From Massalongia carnosa (lineage: Eukaryota): 64,000 nt of DNA. The first letter of the stretch is position 1. Every line of letters starts with the position of its first letter. Positions 1 through 12,482 of this stretch are shown in pieces. The position numbers were made by a program, and so were the translations under genes. The stretch lies in contig OZ287072.1 in the NCBI GenBank assembly GCA_965645245.1, positions 620,001 to 684,000 on the forward strand, in the 5' to 3' direction. The notes beneath the pieces are model-generated. The model worked only from the letters and a program-made list of their open reading frames with translations. It searched no databases and was not told the origin of the DNA.

Positions 1-1330
1 CCCTGTCGTATCTTTTTTGTCAACTTTAGACGGTAATTCGCATATGCCCAGCTTCGGGACCCGGAGGCGCCGAAATGGGAACCATCCGAAACCACACACG
101 CATAAACTAAGGCGAGGTCACACCTTCACCCTCGGGTCTATGTGGAAAAGGGATCGCCCCTTGTTGAGGGGTGCTCCGCCGTCAGGTCTTTATATGTTGC
201 CTTCCCCTTTCTTCCCCCGCTGCTACTTTCCTATCCTAATTACCTGTCTTCAACCTCAATTTTCAAAAGTTCTGTCGATTATCGAAAGATCCCTCCGCTC
301 TCAAGTTTTCGTCCTTATCTCCTTCTCTTCTGCTGCTTAGTTTCAATCCCCAATGCCGACTCAGAGCTCAGCTCACAATCTTTTCGAGCGGGCCCGGTTG
401 AGAGACTCCGAGAAGAACAAAGATCACATCATCAATGGAGAAGAAGTAAAAAAATAACTTCAGTTATTAACGAAGAGAAATTATGGTCGCGCTCTAGCGC
501 TTTGGCAGCGGTAGGTAAATCAACCAGGATTTAGAAAGGAATCCTTTTCTGACGCTTCCGTCCTTCCACGGTGAACATATATGAAACTCGACATTCCGAT
601 TTCGCTTCGATCAAAACCGAGGCGCCGACATACTTTGCAAGGATTGCTTTTTATAAATTTGAGGGCAAGCAAGATTATCTTGACGTATGCTTGACTTTCG
701 TCGTCCAGATCTATAAAAATTTTACTGCTGGCTGGCAGTGGGTCAGTCATGAGAAGATCGACGACAGCGTAACGCTTTCTACCTTGAACGTAAGTTTCCG
801 ATAGTCATAATGACTGGATCTCGCTCGCCTGCATTAGGATCACTGTCTCCAACAATCCTGTAGTTATCAAGTATCCTTTATAAGAAGAGCTTGGACTAGG
901 ACGCAAAAAATGCGAGAGATGCTATGGCGCATGATTGACTTTCTCCATCTCAGGACACAGCTATGGCAAAACGACTAGCACATGTACGATAAGCCAGGGG
1001 TCAGAGTGGATGTGTGGGCAGTGGTTCAGCTCAACGTATCTACTTCAGCTAGAGTGAGCGAATTCCTAGAATGGACATGCGGTGCAGGCCTAGCAGAGGC
1101 CTACATTATCTCGTTATAGTCAAGATAATTGGTAGGTAAACGCTGTCAGCTAAGCTGCATCGAACAGGACGTTACCTATACAGTCTTGCGTAATGAGCGC
1201 GGAAAGTAGAATCGAAGGGGCCAATAACTTATCTATGTAGTCGCCAGGTTTGAAGTGGAATAGTGAGTGACCCAGTCTCGAGTGCTCTAAGCAAACGTCA
1301 TTGCTCTTTTCATGCGACTTCGTACATAGC

Positions 1331-1724
1331 CACGCGCATGACAAAAAAACGCCACACCAAAATCTTGCCCCATTCCTCATTAATTCATCATGAATCAATT
1401 CAACCTTTCTAATTCTTCGTCGCATGAGTTTCAAAAACATTATGATACTTCCATGAAAGCTAAAGTGCAAGGAGTCGTCGAATTCTGTAGGGAAATGGGA
1501 ATTCCGTATTGCAAGGAGGAAGTTTTTCGAATGTTCGACATCGGACGAGAATGTGATTATCATTATTTGCGAAGAAATCTTCGAGAAGACTACTACTCAT
1601 TAAGAAATTGATTTATGAGGAATGAAGTCATGTTTCGCAGGGATTTGTCAACGAAAAAGTAGCCACAATGACTGAACGTCTTCGAGCAATAATAGCAGGT
1701 GAAGGCAAAATAACAGGTTATTGA
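1331..1724 (+). mobile_element. Internally deleted remnant of the Tc1-like (DD37E) family found intact at 32616-33942
   Basis: Begins CACGCG..ACAAAAAAA..CACCAAAAT like the intact element's TIR. N-terminal KHYDTSMKAKVQGVVEFC matches KHIETPTKAKIQGAVEFC. C-terminal ERLRAIIAGEGKITGY* matches DRLRAVLDGEGKMTGY*. The middle is missing and no right TIR was seen. Confidence 0.8.
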
Positions 1725-2678
1725 ATAAAGCTGTTTTGGAGCAATACCAGAGGGAGATGCAGGCTGACTTGTAAACAACTACAATTCTCAGCCAGACATC
1801 AACGACCCGCTGAGTCAATGACGTGCGTACGACCAAACAAAGAGCACATGCAAAATTCAGCCTAAGCTATGTCATCCACTCAGAAACGTCATGCAATAAT
1901 TCGAGATCATTTAAATTACTATCACATTTACTATCACATTATTATATTATTATCACATCATAAATCATTGCTATCTATATCTACAATGGATTCTGTATCC
2001 TTACAAACACGTATTAGTGATGCTAAAACATTCTTGTTGGAAAATCCTGACGAACGAACTGCATGCGCAGCTCAGATATTCAAAATTCGGCCTACAACGT
2101 TGTACAGCTCTATTGCGACTGATAAGAAATCTTCTTTTTCTGATATGAAATCTTTTTCTAACAAGAAATCTTCTTCCAGTGCAAAAAGTGCAAGAGGTGG
2201 ACAAAACAAGATACTTGAGGAGCATCAAGTAAAAGCGATTCATCACTTTATTCGATCCTTACTTGCACAGGGTATTAAACCATCGCACGGAGTTGTATTC
2301 AATGCAATTGTCAATTTAAAACGCGGCAAAATCCTGAGTCGAGTGGACCTACTCTACGCTGGTTCAGAACATGGTGGAAAAAGAATAACCTACACAAGAT
2401 CAAGACTAAGCCATTAGCAATGATACGATTCACCGCTGCACAAGAGAAGGATATACAAGCATGGTTTGTAGATTATAGTCAAGCTTTAAAGACGTTACAG
2501 ATCAAAACAAAGAAGAATATTGTCAATTTCGATGAGGCAGGCTTTCGTGTTGGGTGTATGAAAGGGCATCAAATTCTGGCACCCACAGACGTATTAGAAG
2601 TTAGATTCTATATTCTTATTCATTTATTCAGCAAGTTAAATATATATTTTAGTTCTATGCGATAAGTCCTGAAAATCG

Positions 2679-2775
2679 GAGGTAGAACAGGTGCTGGATA
2701 GTAGAATTCACTATGGAAAACTCCAATATCTAGTGAAATGGATGGGATTTTCTGATACGGATAATCAATGGTTAT
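2679..2775 (+). pseudogene. Chromodomain fragment of a Ty3/gypsy (chromovirus) integrase
   Basis: Translation EVEQVLDSRIHYGKLQYLVKWMGFSDTDNQWL fits the chromodomain pattern (YLVKWxG...W). Confidence 0.75.
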
Positions 2776-2828
2776 CAAAACTGCTTTTTTTATTCTTAAT
2801 ATCACGAGTATACATATCCTTATTATTG

Positions 2829-3368
2829 ATCGGTCCTCCTCCTTCTACACCATCGGTCCTCCTCCTTCTACACCATCGGTCCTCCTCCTTCTACACCATC
2901 GGTCCTCCTCCTTCTACACCATCGGTCCTCCTCCTTCTACACCATCGGTCCTCCTCCTTCTACACCATCGGTCCTCCTCCTTCTACACCATCGGTCCTCC
3001 TCCTTCTACACCATCGGTCCTCCTCCTTCTACACCATCGGTCCTCCTCCTTCTACACCATCGGTCCTCCTCCTTCTACACCATCGGTCCTCCTCCTTCTA
3101 CACCATCGGTCCTCCTCCTTCTACACCATCGGTCCTCCTCCTTCTACACCATCGGTCCTCCTCCTTCTACACCATCGGTCCTCCTCCTTCTACACCATCG
3201 GTCCTCCTCCTTCTACACCATCGGTCCTCCTCCTTCTACACCATCGGTCCTCCTCCTTCTACACCATCGGTCCTCCTCCTTCTACACCATCGGTCCTCCT
3301 CCTTCTACACCATCGGTCCTCCTCCTTCTACACCATCGGTCCTCCTCCTTCTACACCATCGGTCCTCA
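2829..3368. repeat. 23-bp minisatellite (ATCGGTCCTCCTCCTTCTACACC), ~23 near-identical copies
   Basis: Direct reading of the tandem array; it explains the repetitive ORFs 2691-3458 and 2768-3523. Confidence 0.97.
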
Positions 3369-3809
3369 CCACGGAGACGCCAAAGGTCTCATCGTGGGGC
3401 GACCGTCAAACATATAGATTTGCTCCTATCTTTTCGCATCAAAACAATGCTAATTTAACGCGTTCACACGCGTCGCAGACGTACGTACGGAAGAGGATAC
3501 GAAGGCCAACCGCCGGGGGGTAGAATGCGCGCGTCCCTGCACCATGCTTCTAAGGGTTCAAGTCCCTTCATGCAGTCATCAGCTGGAAGAAGATGTGGAC
3601 TAAAGGAGCCGCATCATCCCCCACCCGGGCACAGTCGACACGCGTTCTAGCTCCTGAGAGTTCAAGTCTCCCCATGCAGTCATCAGCTGGGATCAACAGA
3701 ACGCGTAAAGGCACCGGGGCGAATGCTGTCACCTCAAGAAAACTCCATCTCGGAGCAGAATAACAATATCCCCTTTAATAGGTCCAGCCTGTTAAATAAA
3801 ATCGAGGAA

Positions 3810-3985
3810 AACACAGAGTCACAAAACACATAGTCATCAATCACACGTTGTACAAAGCACACAGTCACAAAGCACACAGTCACAAACACACAGTCAAAAA
3901 ACACACAGTCACAAAACACACAGTCACAAAACACACAGTCACAAAACACACAGTCACAAAACACACAGTCACAAAAAACATAGTC
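3810..3985. repeat. 15-bp tandem repeat (ACACAGTCACAAAAC), ~10 imperfect copies
   Basis: Direct reading; it explains the (CVFCD)n ORF at 3734-4069. Confidence 0.9.
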
Positions 3986-4417
3986 GCAAATCAATAACAC
4001 GTCCCTGTGAAGGGGGTTCTGCGGGGGCTCGTTAAGACAGATCTGCACCCCGTTAATATCGGAGTACATATTTTTAGAGGTTCAAGTCCTTTCTAGCAGT
4101 CATCAGCTGAAAATAATCTATTTTGACACGGGCATGGTGTGGATTTGACACGGGTAGACCTCGATGGATCACAAAACGAATGAAAAGAGTCCAGCGGAAC
4201 TTCGTTAATATTGTTCTCGAAGACCTCGTTAATAAGATTTTCATAGACCTCGTTAACAACGTTCGGTCATACTCTTAAAGGTTCAAGTCCTTTCATGCAG
4301 TCATCGGCTGAGAGCTAAGGACGTACGACACGGGTCAGCTATGTCTATCACACGGGTCTCCTTCGTCTACAACACGGAGCCCTCCGGCTGAAAGAAATAA
4401 AACATATAGACACATAG

Positions 4418-5140
4418 TGTAGGGTCACACCCTACACGATACAAGGGATTTGGGTTATGAAAACCATCCGATTGATGGCTACCGTGAGCAACACGGCCCG
4501 AACCGGAGTCGTACCGGGGATGGTGGAGGCAACCTAGTCATCAAATAGGACACCCTTGGGACAAGAAGAGGGCAATATACGAGGAACCCGTTAATTGATA
4601 ACAGTCTAGGCCCTGAGCTAATAGACGAATTTCAAACGAGCACCCCTCCGAGTTGTCCTCGACTCGTTTTGGTTAGTAGGGACGGAAAATCGATACTATA
4701 CTGCCTGGTCAGGAGCATAGTGGTCGAAATCCCTGCGAGACATGGTCGGTTCATAAACGGGAGACCTTTATGAATAACGCGAAGTGGGCGTAAAAAACCC
4801 GTGAGGCGTGGTATGCAATGGCGGCCACCGTACGGAGACCGTCTGCATAGCCCGAGAGGACAGTATGCGCATGTCGGTGTATATAGAGCAGGGAATGTCT
4901 ATCTCGCTCGTAACGAGACCCCGTCGGTTCGCCGGCGCATGGGCTACGGCTAGACTCGCCCTTGATATATGCTTAAGGAGTAAACTGGGTTTGACCTGGG
5001 CGAAAGGGACGTCGTTCACCCCAATCGTAGAATTCATCAATAGTCTTGGGCCGTAAAACGCACCAGTGAGATGAACGAAAACTGGGATAGAGACTTCACG
5101 AAGGAGATGTCAACTCTATTTTATCATCCTTAGACTGACA
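4418..5140. mobile_element. Probable LTR of an LTR retrotransposon, abutting truncated LINE ORF1
   Basis: TG...CA ends (TGTAGGG..., ...CTGACA), a terminal hairpin TGTAGGG-tcaca-CCCTACA and a TATA-like motif near 4880. LINE ORF1 homology starts abruptly at 5141. No TSD found. Confidence 0.5.
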
Positions 5141-6378
5141 CGCATAGAACAGAAGGATACAACTCCCCAAAGCTACGCCGCTGCCGCCACGGGGCGAGGT
5201 CGTGATGGACCCGCACCCCCAGCGAAGAAAAATGTCAAGTCCCAACCGACTTCAAAGGACAAAACACCTACACCGAAGGAAGCGCGACGCGCTCGAGAAA
5301 TCACTGTTCACATAACGGAGAATGCAGATAAGGAAAAAATAAAGCTGATGCCAACCAAAGAGCTGGTAGAAACATTGCAAAATGGAGCGGAAGGAATACG
5401 AGGAGTGTCGCGCTTGTTAAATGGCGACATAAGGATTCACACGGAGTCATTGGAGGCAAAGAAAATTCTGCAGGAAAAGACCGACTGGACCCGCATGATG
5501 GCCGCCTCCGCAGCGGTGAATACTCGTACCTTCACTGTAAGGGCAAATGGAATCAGGGTGGAAAACATCAAAGTGGCCAATCAATCAACTGCTATCGCGT
5601 ACCTGCAGGCCGCCAACGCACGCCTGCATCCTGACCTCAAGATCATCAAAGTAGCTTGGTCAGTCAAGGCCATCAGGGAGAAGAAAGCATACTCCACGCT
5701 ACACATGGAGGTCGCTACCGCCGAGATGGCCAACCGGCTCATCACCGAGGGTCTGATGGAGGACTACGAAATAAAAGACTGTGAGCGTTTTACATGCGGT
5801 TGCACCATGACCCAATGCTTCAATTGTCAGAAATATGGCCACATAGGTAGATCATGTCGCAATCCCGCCGCTTGTGGCCACTGTGCCGGTGGACATCAAA
5901 GTAAAGAATGCAACTTGGAGACAACGGGGCAATACCGTCGATGTGCCGTATGCGGAGAGAAGGGACACGAGGCGTGGTCTACAGCATGCAAAATCAGAAA
6001 GGCTGAAAAGCGAAAACTGAAATTGCTATGCAAAATCGCGCTCCACTATACACAATCGAGTCACAATCGCCCTCATTCCAGTTTCAAGGAGCGCCGACAC
6101 TCGCAGCTACACAAACGAACGAAATTTCGTCAACATGGAAGATTGTGAACGGCAAGAAAAGAAAAATGCACAACGCGGGGCTCTCAGCCGATTTATCACC
6201 GGGCTTCCCCCGAGGAGAGCAAGTATCAACCTGGGCTAATATAGGCATTATGAATCCTGAAAACATGATCAAAGCCTTAGCAAAACCAGCGCTAGGTAGA
6301 CCCCGCGCAGAATCCGTAGTAACGACAGGTACCCAGGCCACCCCAGTCACAGTGGTCGAAACCATGGAAATCCTATGA
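5141..6378 (+). pseudogene. LINE ORF1 (gag-like, CCHC zinc knuckles), 5'-truncated and frameshifted near 6015
   Basis: RIEQKDTTPQSYAAAAT aligns to RMEG..PPTSYAAAAT of the second LINE. Knuckles CFNCQKYGHIGRSC, CGHCAGGHQSKEC and CAVCGEKGHEAW. Confidence 0.88.
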
Positions 6379-9300
6379 GGGACACAAAATCCCTCTCGAT
6401 ATTGCAGTATAATGTCAGAAATGACAGAGTGAGTACTATGATACCCCTCTTAGCAGACACAAACACCCAGGACTATGATATCATTGCAATACAGGAGCCG
6501 TGGCGCAACCCATCCGCCCCCACATCGCTCAGTTCACATCAAAGTGGCTTTCACCTTATATACCGGCCAGGAGGCGACACCAGAGTGTGCTTCTATATCA
6601 ACGATTCAATAGACACTGACAGCTGGGAAGTAGAATTTCCCTCGGCCGACATGTGCACGCTAAAAATAGAAACATGCACCGAAGGCGTAGCGGAGGTGAT
6701 CAATATACACAACGTATACAATCCCTCCCCTGCCTCCTATTCGTCCACTGACAGCCCCTCCACTCTATCGACCGCTCGGAGCATGCTAACCCAAGGCGTG
6801 CATCATATCCTGCTTGGTGATTTCAATCTGCATCATCCATTTTGGAACGGTCCTTCAAGACCCACACAACATGCTGCAGCGGATCAATTGTTAGATATCA
6901 TCGATGAATTCAATCTCTCGCTAACATTGCCGAAAGGCACCGTAACATGGGAAGCAAGAAACACGTTTAGCACGATCGATCTAGTTTTCATGTCAGAATA
7001 TCTAGTTGAAAGACTTGAACACTGCATGACCAGACCAGAATTAAATCAATCGTCCGATCACGTACCGATATCAACCCGCATCCTACTCGGTAGTGAGTCG
7101 CAACCAAAAAGTAAACGCAGGGCATGGAAACTTCTGAATTTGGAAAAATTAAGGGAAGCCGAGCGCCACGCACCTCCACCGACGTCTCCCTGCACACCTG
7201 CCGAGATCGATACGTACACAGAATCGATTCAAAAATTCCTACAAAATGTCATCAATGCAGCCGTTCCATGGGCGAAACCTAGCGAATATGCTAAGCCTTT
7301 CTGGACAGAAGAATGCAATATTGCCACCAAAGCCACACGAAAGTTACGCCGCATATGGTCTGACACACGAGATCCAGCGGACTGGTCCAACTACATGAAA
7401 TCTAATGACAAGAAACAGAAAATTATCCAAAAAGCAAAGAGGACAAATTTTCGTCAAGAGATCAGTAAGGCTACCGAAACGCCTCAGGGTCTGTGGCGGC
7501 TAGCGAAATGGGCCAAAGACAAAAGTCACTCAGCTAGAGAAGTACCCAAAATGCCGACTTTAAAGTTCAATGATCAAATAGCAGACACGTTTGATGAGAA
7601 AGCCGAAATGCTGAAAAGCATTTTCTTTCCCGCACCACCACCGGCCGACTTAAGCGATATAGAAGGATCCTTCTATCCAGCATCGCCGCACTGTCCAATG
7701 ATCATCACCAGGTCAGAAGTGTCGAAGGCCCTGCATCGGCTCAAGCCCGATAAAGCACCGGGTCCTGACGGCATATCTAATATAGTACTCAAGGCATGCG
7801 CGGAAAAACTTGTTGAACTATTAACACCTCTGTTTCAGGCGTGCGTTACACTTTCGTACCATCCCCGAGCCTTCAAAATGGCAAACACAATAGCATTAAG
7901 AAAAATAGACAAAGGGAATTACACCACTCCAAAGGCTTACCGACCAATTGCATTACTCAACACTCTCAGCAAAGTAATGGAATCTATCATAGGATCAAAA
8001 ATAACCTATTTAGCGGAAACACATCGGCTCCTACCCGACACACAGATGGGAGCGAGAAAGGGCAGATCTACAGAATCAGCTCTAGAGTTGTTAACCGAAC
8101 AGGTTCACACGATTTGGGGACAAGGAAAAGATAAAGTAGCCACACTTTTAAGCATGGACGTCGCCGGCGCGTTTGATACAGTTTCACATCAAAGACTAAC
8201 GCACAATCTACGTAAAAGAAAAATCCCGAAATGGATTACTGATTGGTTAAACAGCTTTTTAGATGATCGTAGCACAACTCTAGCTATAAATCGAAAAGCG
8301 ACCGGACGATTCGCGGTGAGAACTGGCATACCACAGGGCTCCCCTCTCTCATCCATCCTTTATCTATTCTATAATGCAGACCTATTGGAAATATGTGAGC
8401 GACCAGGCACAAACACAAGTGCCATAGGATTTGTAGACGATGCCAACATTTTGGCATACGGAAAAGGCACCGAAGAGAATTGCAAGACTCTGGAGTCAAT
8501 ACACAGACAATGCGAAAAGTGGGCTTCCCGACACGGATCTCTATTCGCTCCGACGAAGTACGAACTCATTCACTTGTCTAGAAATCCCAAAAGATTCAAT
8601 ATGGCTGCATCTATCAACATTGCAAGCACCGAAATTGAACCAAAAACGGACATTAGAGTCTTAGGCTTGCAAATTGACACCAAATTGAAATGGGGACCGC
8701 ACGTTCGCAAAACGCAAAAGAAAATGGTTAAACAATCCATGGCATTGACAAAAATCTCCACATCGACTTGGGGTGCCACCTTCACCAAAGCAAGGCAAGT
8801 TTACAGCGCCGTAGTGCGTCCGGTCATGACATACGGGTCAACCGTATGGCACATGCCCAAAGAAGTCAAAAAGTCAAAAACAAAAGTCAAAAACGTCAAC
8901 GAGCAAGCTCTCCGTTATGCAAAACAACTGCCTTCGCACCATAGCCGGTGCCTTTAAAGCCACTCCCATTCCAGTTCTTGAAGCAGAGACATACATAGCA
9001 CCCATAGATGTACACCTCGACACGCTACAGGCGCAGGCCAGACATCGACTCCGAGCCGGAGGTCAATCGAAGGTCATTTCTTCCGCATGCAGCAAAATAG
9101 TTAACAAACTTCAAGGCAAGGCAGGTCGCAAACGCCTTCAAAAACCCACTCCGGGAGAGCTGAAGCACACCTGGGCCAAAAACCTACTGATCGACGCAAA
9201 AATCGTTCAACCACCCAAAGCACACCCACCATGGTCCGACCCCTCCCCAGCGCATCTCCGCGAAGTCTCCGTAGCAGCGTTGGCTCGTCAAAAACAAATG

Positions 9301-9745
9301 CAGACAATTAAAGCACGACAGCTGAAAGTCTGGAACGACTCGTGGAGCGCATATCAAAATCGCGTCACCGAACCCTCCATAGCGCAATCAGTCCCACTGA
9401 GCAAAAAACGACTGAAAATACACACGCTGCTAAAAAAGGCAGAAAGCGCCCTGACAACACAGATCCGCACCGGTAAGATCGGTCTAGCTGACTTCCTCTA
9501 CCAGCGACGGGTCCCCGCCGTCACCTCACCGGCCTGCCCATGTGGCTGGCACAGACAAACTCCAGAACATGTAATTATGTTCTGTAGACTTATTGACAAT
9601 AGAGAACAGATGTTTTGCGCCGCTGGCACGAACAACTATCAACAGCTGACCGAAACATCAAAACTCTAAAGATATTAACTGCTTGGCTAATGAAAACAGG
9701 TCTACTGACCCAATTCTCACTGGCATCTACACTATTGTACAATTA
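6375..9745 (+). pseudogene. LINE ORF2 (APE endonuclease + reverse transcriptase + C-terminal CCHC), frameshifted
   Basis: ILQYNV, IQEPW, GDFNLHH, SDH, PQGSPLS and FVDD motifs. A 13-bp tandem duplication (AAAAGTCAAAAAC, ~8869-8894) shifts the frame, with a second shift near 9665. Confidence 0.93.
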
Positions 9746-11451
9746 ACAGTAGTTTCACTTCTCTTTTCCTTCTTATCTCACAAGGCGTCACAGTTCTCAC
9801 ATGATTTTCGCTCTGCGTCTCCTGTCCGACGTCGACCTGGTGTCACATCGGACAGGTATCAAGGGATATGGTTTTTACACCTGAAAAAGTTTTTCCATGT
9901 AACATAACTTAGATAGCTTTGCCCGCATGGGCCGGCCTACGGCTGGTGACATATCGGAGCATGAATACATCATCATCATCATCAAGTCCTGAAAATCGTA
10001 AATCTCTCACGATATTTGAATGCATCAATGCAGCGGGCGACTATCCTCCACCACCTTTAATTCTTATACAAGGACATGAAATCATGATGGACTGGTTTTC
10101 AAAAGAGCTGCCAAAGGGAACTCGAATTATACCTTCAGAAAACGGATTTACCTCTGACAAGATAGCACAGGTGTTTCTTCAGCAGTATATTGATCATTCA
10201 GACTCTGGACCAGAAGCAGACTGGAAAATAATGCTCATGGATAATCATGGCAGTCATTGTACTCCTGAGTTCATAGCTCTTGCTAATATAAATCACATTC
10301 GTCCTTATCCGCTTATACCGCATCTTGCACACTGTATGCAGCCGCTTGATGTTGGAGTATTTCAACCTTATAAACACTGGCATGATATGGCAATTCAAGA
10401 TGCTCTACTGGAATTCAATGTTGAGTATACATTACAGCGATTTCTTGCGGATCTTACTAAGATACGTGATAATACTTTCAAGAAATGTACTTTTCGAAAT
10501 GCTTTTGAGAAATCAGGAATGTGGCCTGTTAATGCTAAAAACTGCATCTCATTGCTTAAAACTTTCAAGCCGCCTGATGCTCAAGAAAAGCTACACAATA
10601 AAGAAAAAGAGCCTACTCTTCCAATCTTGCCTCATATTCAGCCAACATCCTCAATGGATGTTGAAATAGGACTTCAAACATGGCAGAAGAAAATTCAACA
10701 AGGAATGTTGTGGAGTGATCCGGCTCGCTCAGAGCAATTTGAATCGTTTGTTAATGATACAAAAACCGTTTGTACACAAGCTACGTTTAATGATATTCAT
10801 TTATCTATATATCAGAAAAGAAGAGAAGATGACTTAAAACAGAAATCTACCTCTCGTAAGCGATTACAAACCTTAGGTTCAGGATTAGGGCTTACTAAAG
10901 AGAATGCTGAGGAGATGATTGCAGCAAAGGAAAAACAAGCTAAAGAAACAGAAGCAAAGAAGCAGCATCAGACATGGATGAAGATTTGGCGTATGGAAAG
11001 AGACGCCAAATATGCCGAAGGAGTGATTGCTCGAAAGCAAGAAAGAAATCGTTTACGACAAATTAAAGAGCTTTCAAAACAAGATCTTGCTATTTCCTCC
11101 GAGCATCTTATTCCTATTCCCGATCCCGAAGCAATTTGGAAGGCAACAGATGTTACTTGGCAAGAAGAAGAGAGAAAGAAAGCGAAAAAGACTAAATCTC
11201 AAGTATATAATGAAGATGAAGATGATGAGGCGGAGACAACATTCATCACAGATGTTACAGGTGATTCTTCTTTGCAAAGAGATTTTCTGCTGTTTGATGA
11301 AGACGATACTGATGGAGGCAACGAGTCTGACAATAATGTACAAGAACAATTAGGATATTACTAGGTTTCAGCTCTTTATTAAAGCGGCAATAGTAATTTA
11401 ACGATATGATAATAAATAATAATGTGATAGTAAATGTAATAGTAATTTAAA

Positions 11452-11716
11452 TGATGTGGTGGTGGTTTAGTGATGTGGTGGTGGTTTAGTGATGTGGTGG
11501 TGGTTTAGTGATGTGGTGGTGGTTTAGTGATGTGGTGGTGGTTTAGTGATGTGGTGGTGGTTTAGTGATGTGGTGGTGGTTTAGTGATGTGGTGGTGGTT
11601 TAGTGATGTGGTGGTGGTTTAGTGATGTGGTGGTGGTTTAGTGATGTGGTGGTGGTTTAGTGATGTGGTGGTGGTTTAGTGATGTGGTGGTGGTTTAGTG
11701 ATGTGGTGGTGGTTTA
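11452..11716. repeat. 19-bp minisatellite (GATGTGGTGGTGGTTTAGT), ~14 identical copies
   Basis: Direct reading; it starts exactly where the pogo right inverted repeat stops matching the left one. Confidence 0.97.
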
Positions 11717-12482
11717 ACGTTGCGAAGCTTCGCTTTCCTACGAAGTTTGCTTTCCCCGACTAGAAGCGAATGCTTCTTGGAGGGAGAGGATTAAGCGAGC
11801 GACTAGCCGACGATTAGATGATTATCTGTTCGAAAAATTCAAGCTGAACGAATTCACCATTCATCGGCAACCGCTAAACGGGGTCAACAAGGCGTTTGAG
11901 GACATGAATCAGGGAGATTGCATCCAGTGCATGGTCGATATGCGCACGGTCGAGGGTTGAGAAAACTTGGGTTCGACCCGAGGCACCGCGACGGCTTATG
12001 ACCGGTTAGGCTTCGTATTTCCCAGAGAGAAAACGGGGGGGGTATGGAGTAGTATATATAAATGCGTTCACGAATGAACATTTAATGCTTTATGTGTTGG
12101 CTTTTTGAATGGATTTTATGCTTTGGGAAATTTCCAGCAGATAAACTTCCTGCCTATAAAGAATCCTTCAAGTGCACCCCCCATCATCCATATCTCTTAT
12201 GCTCGGAAACCATCCAAAACAATCCTCCCACTTAAGGGTGCATGCTGGTTGAGGTTATGTTTTTAGAGGACGGATTCTGGTGACGGCTTTGGTCTAACCA
12301 GATTAGATTTTTGTTCTTTGCCCCCGCACAGAGGATTATCCTCCCTTCTCTCCCTTGCGCCCCATGGAAGTCCGTCATGATTCTTAACTGCCCTCTTTGG
12401 GGTTGATCTCAATAAATCCTGGATGTACATATTTACATACAGTTTGGTAGTGTCGTACGTGTTTACCTAACGCCAAACTTCT

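Larger units (their letters stand above)
2679..9983 (+). mobile_element. Tad1-clade LINE insertion (chimeric 5' end), inactivated
   Basis: 15-bp TSD AAGTCCTGAAAATCG at 2664-2678 and 9984-9998, (CAT)n tail at ~9968-9983, and ORF1/ORF2 homologous to the second LINE. Confidence 0.92.
1905..11455 (+). mobile_element. pogo/Fot1-family DNA transposon, split by a LINE insertion; transposase pseudogene at 1986-2678 + 9999-11364
   Basis: HTH N-terminus, NFDEAGF, LMDNHGSH and MQPLDV motifs (DDE_1 type). Intron ~2600-2652 and a frameshift near 2320. The frame FYAISPENRKSLTIFEC is restored across the LINE TSD. AT-rich inverted repeat ~1905-1965 vs ~11390-11455; outer termini not resolved. Confidence 0.85.

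Noticed and set aside
983..1125. Possible short LTR ending ..AGGCCTACA followed by PBS-like TTATCTCGTTATAG
   Set aside because: No partner LTR, TSD or gag/pol seen; too weak to call.
2691..3523. Repetitive ORFs (HHRSSSFYTIGPPPSTPSVLLLL)n as a RiPP precursor or CRISPR array
   Set aside because: Translation of a 23-bp minisatellite that gives the same repeat in all frames; no signal peptide, dibasic sites or unique spacers.
3734..4069. (CVFCD)n metallothionein-like ORF
   Set aside because: Artefact of a 15-bp tandem repeat inside a retroelement-derived segment.
9919..9998. N-terminus of the 481-aa ORF (MPAWAG..SSSSSS)
   Set aside because: LINE 3' UTR and (CAT)n tail fortuitously in frame with the interrupted pogo transposase.
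11452..11716. True telomere
   Set aside because: Internal location, and the unit is not the TTAGGG expected for most filamentous ascomycetes.
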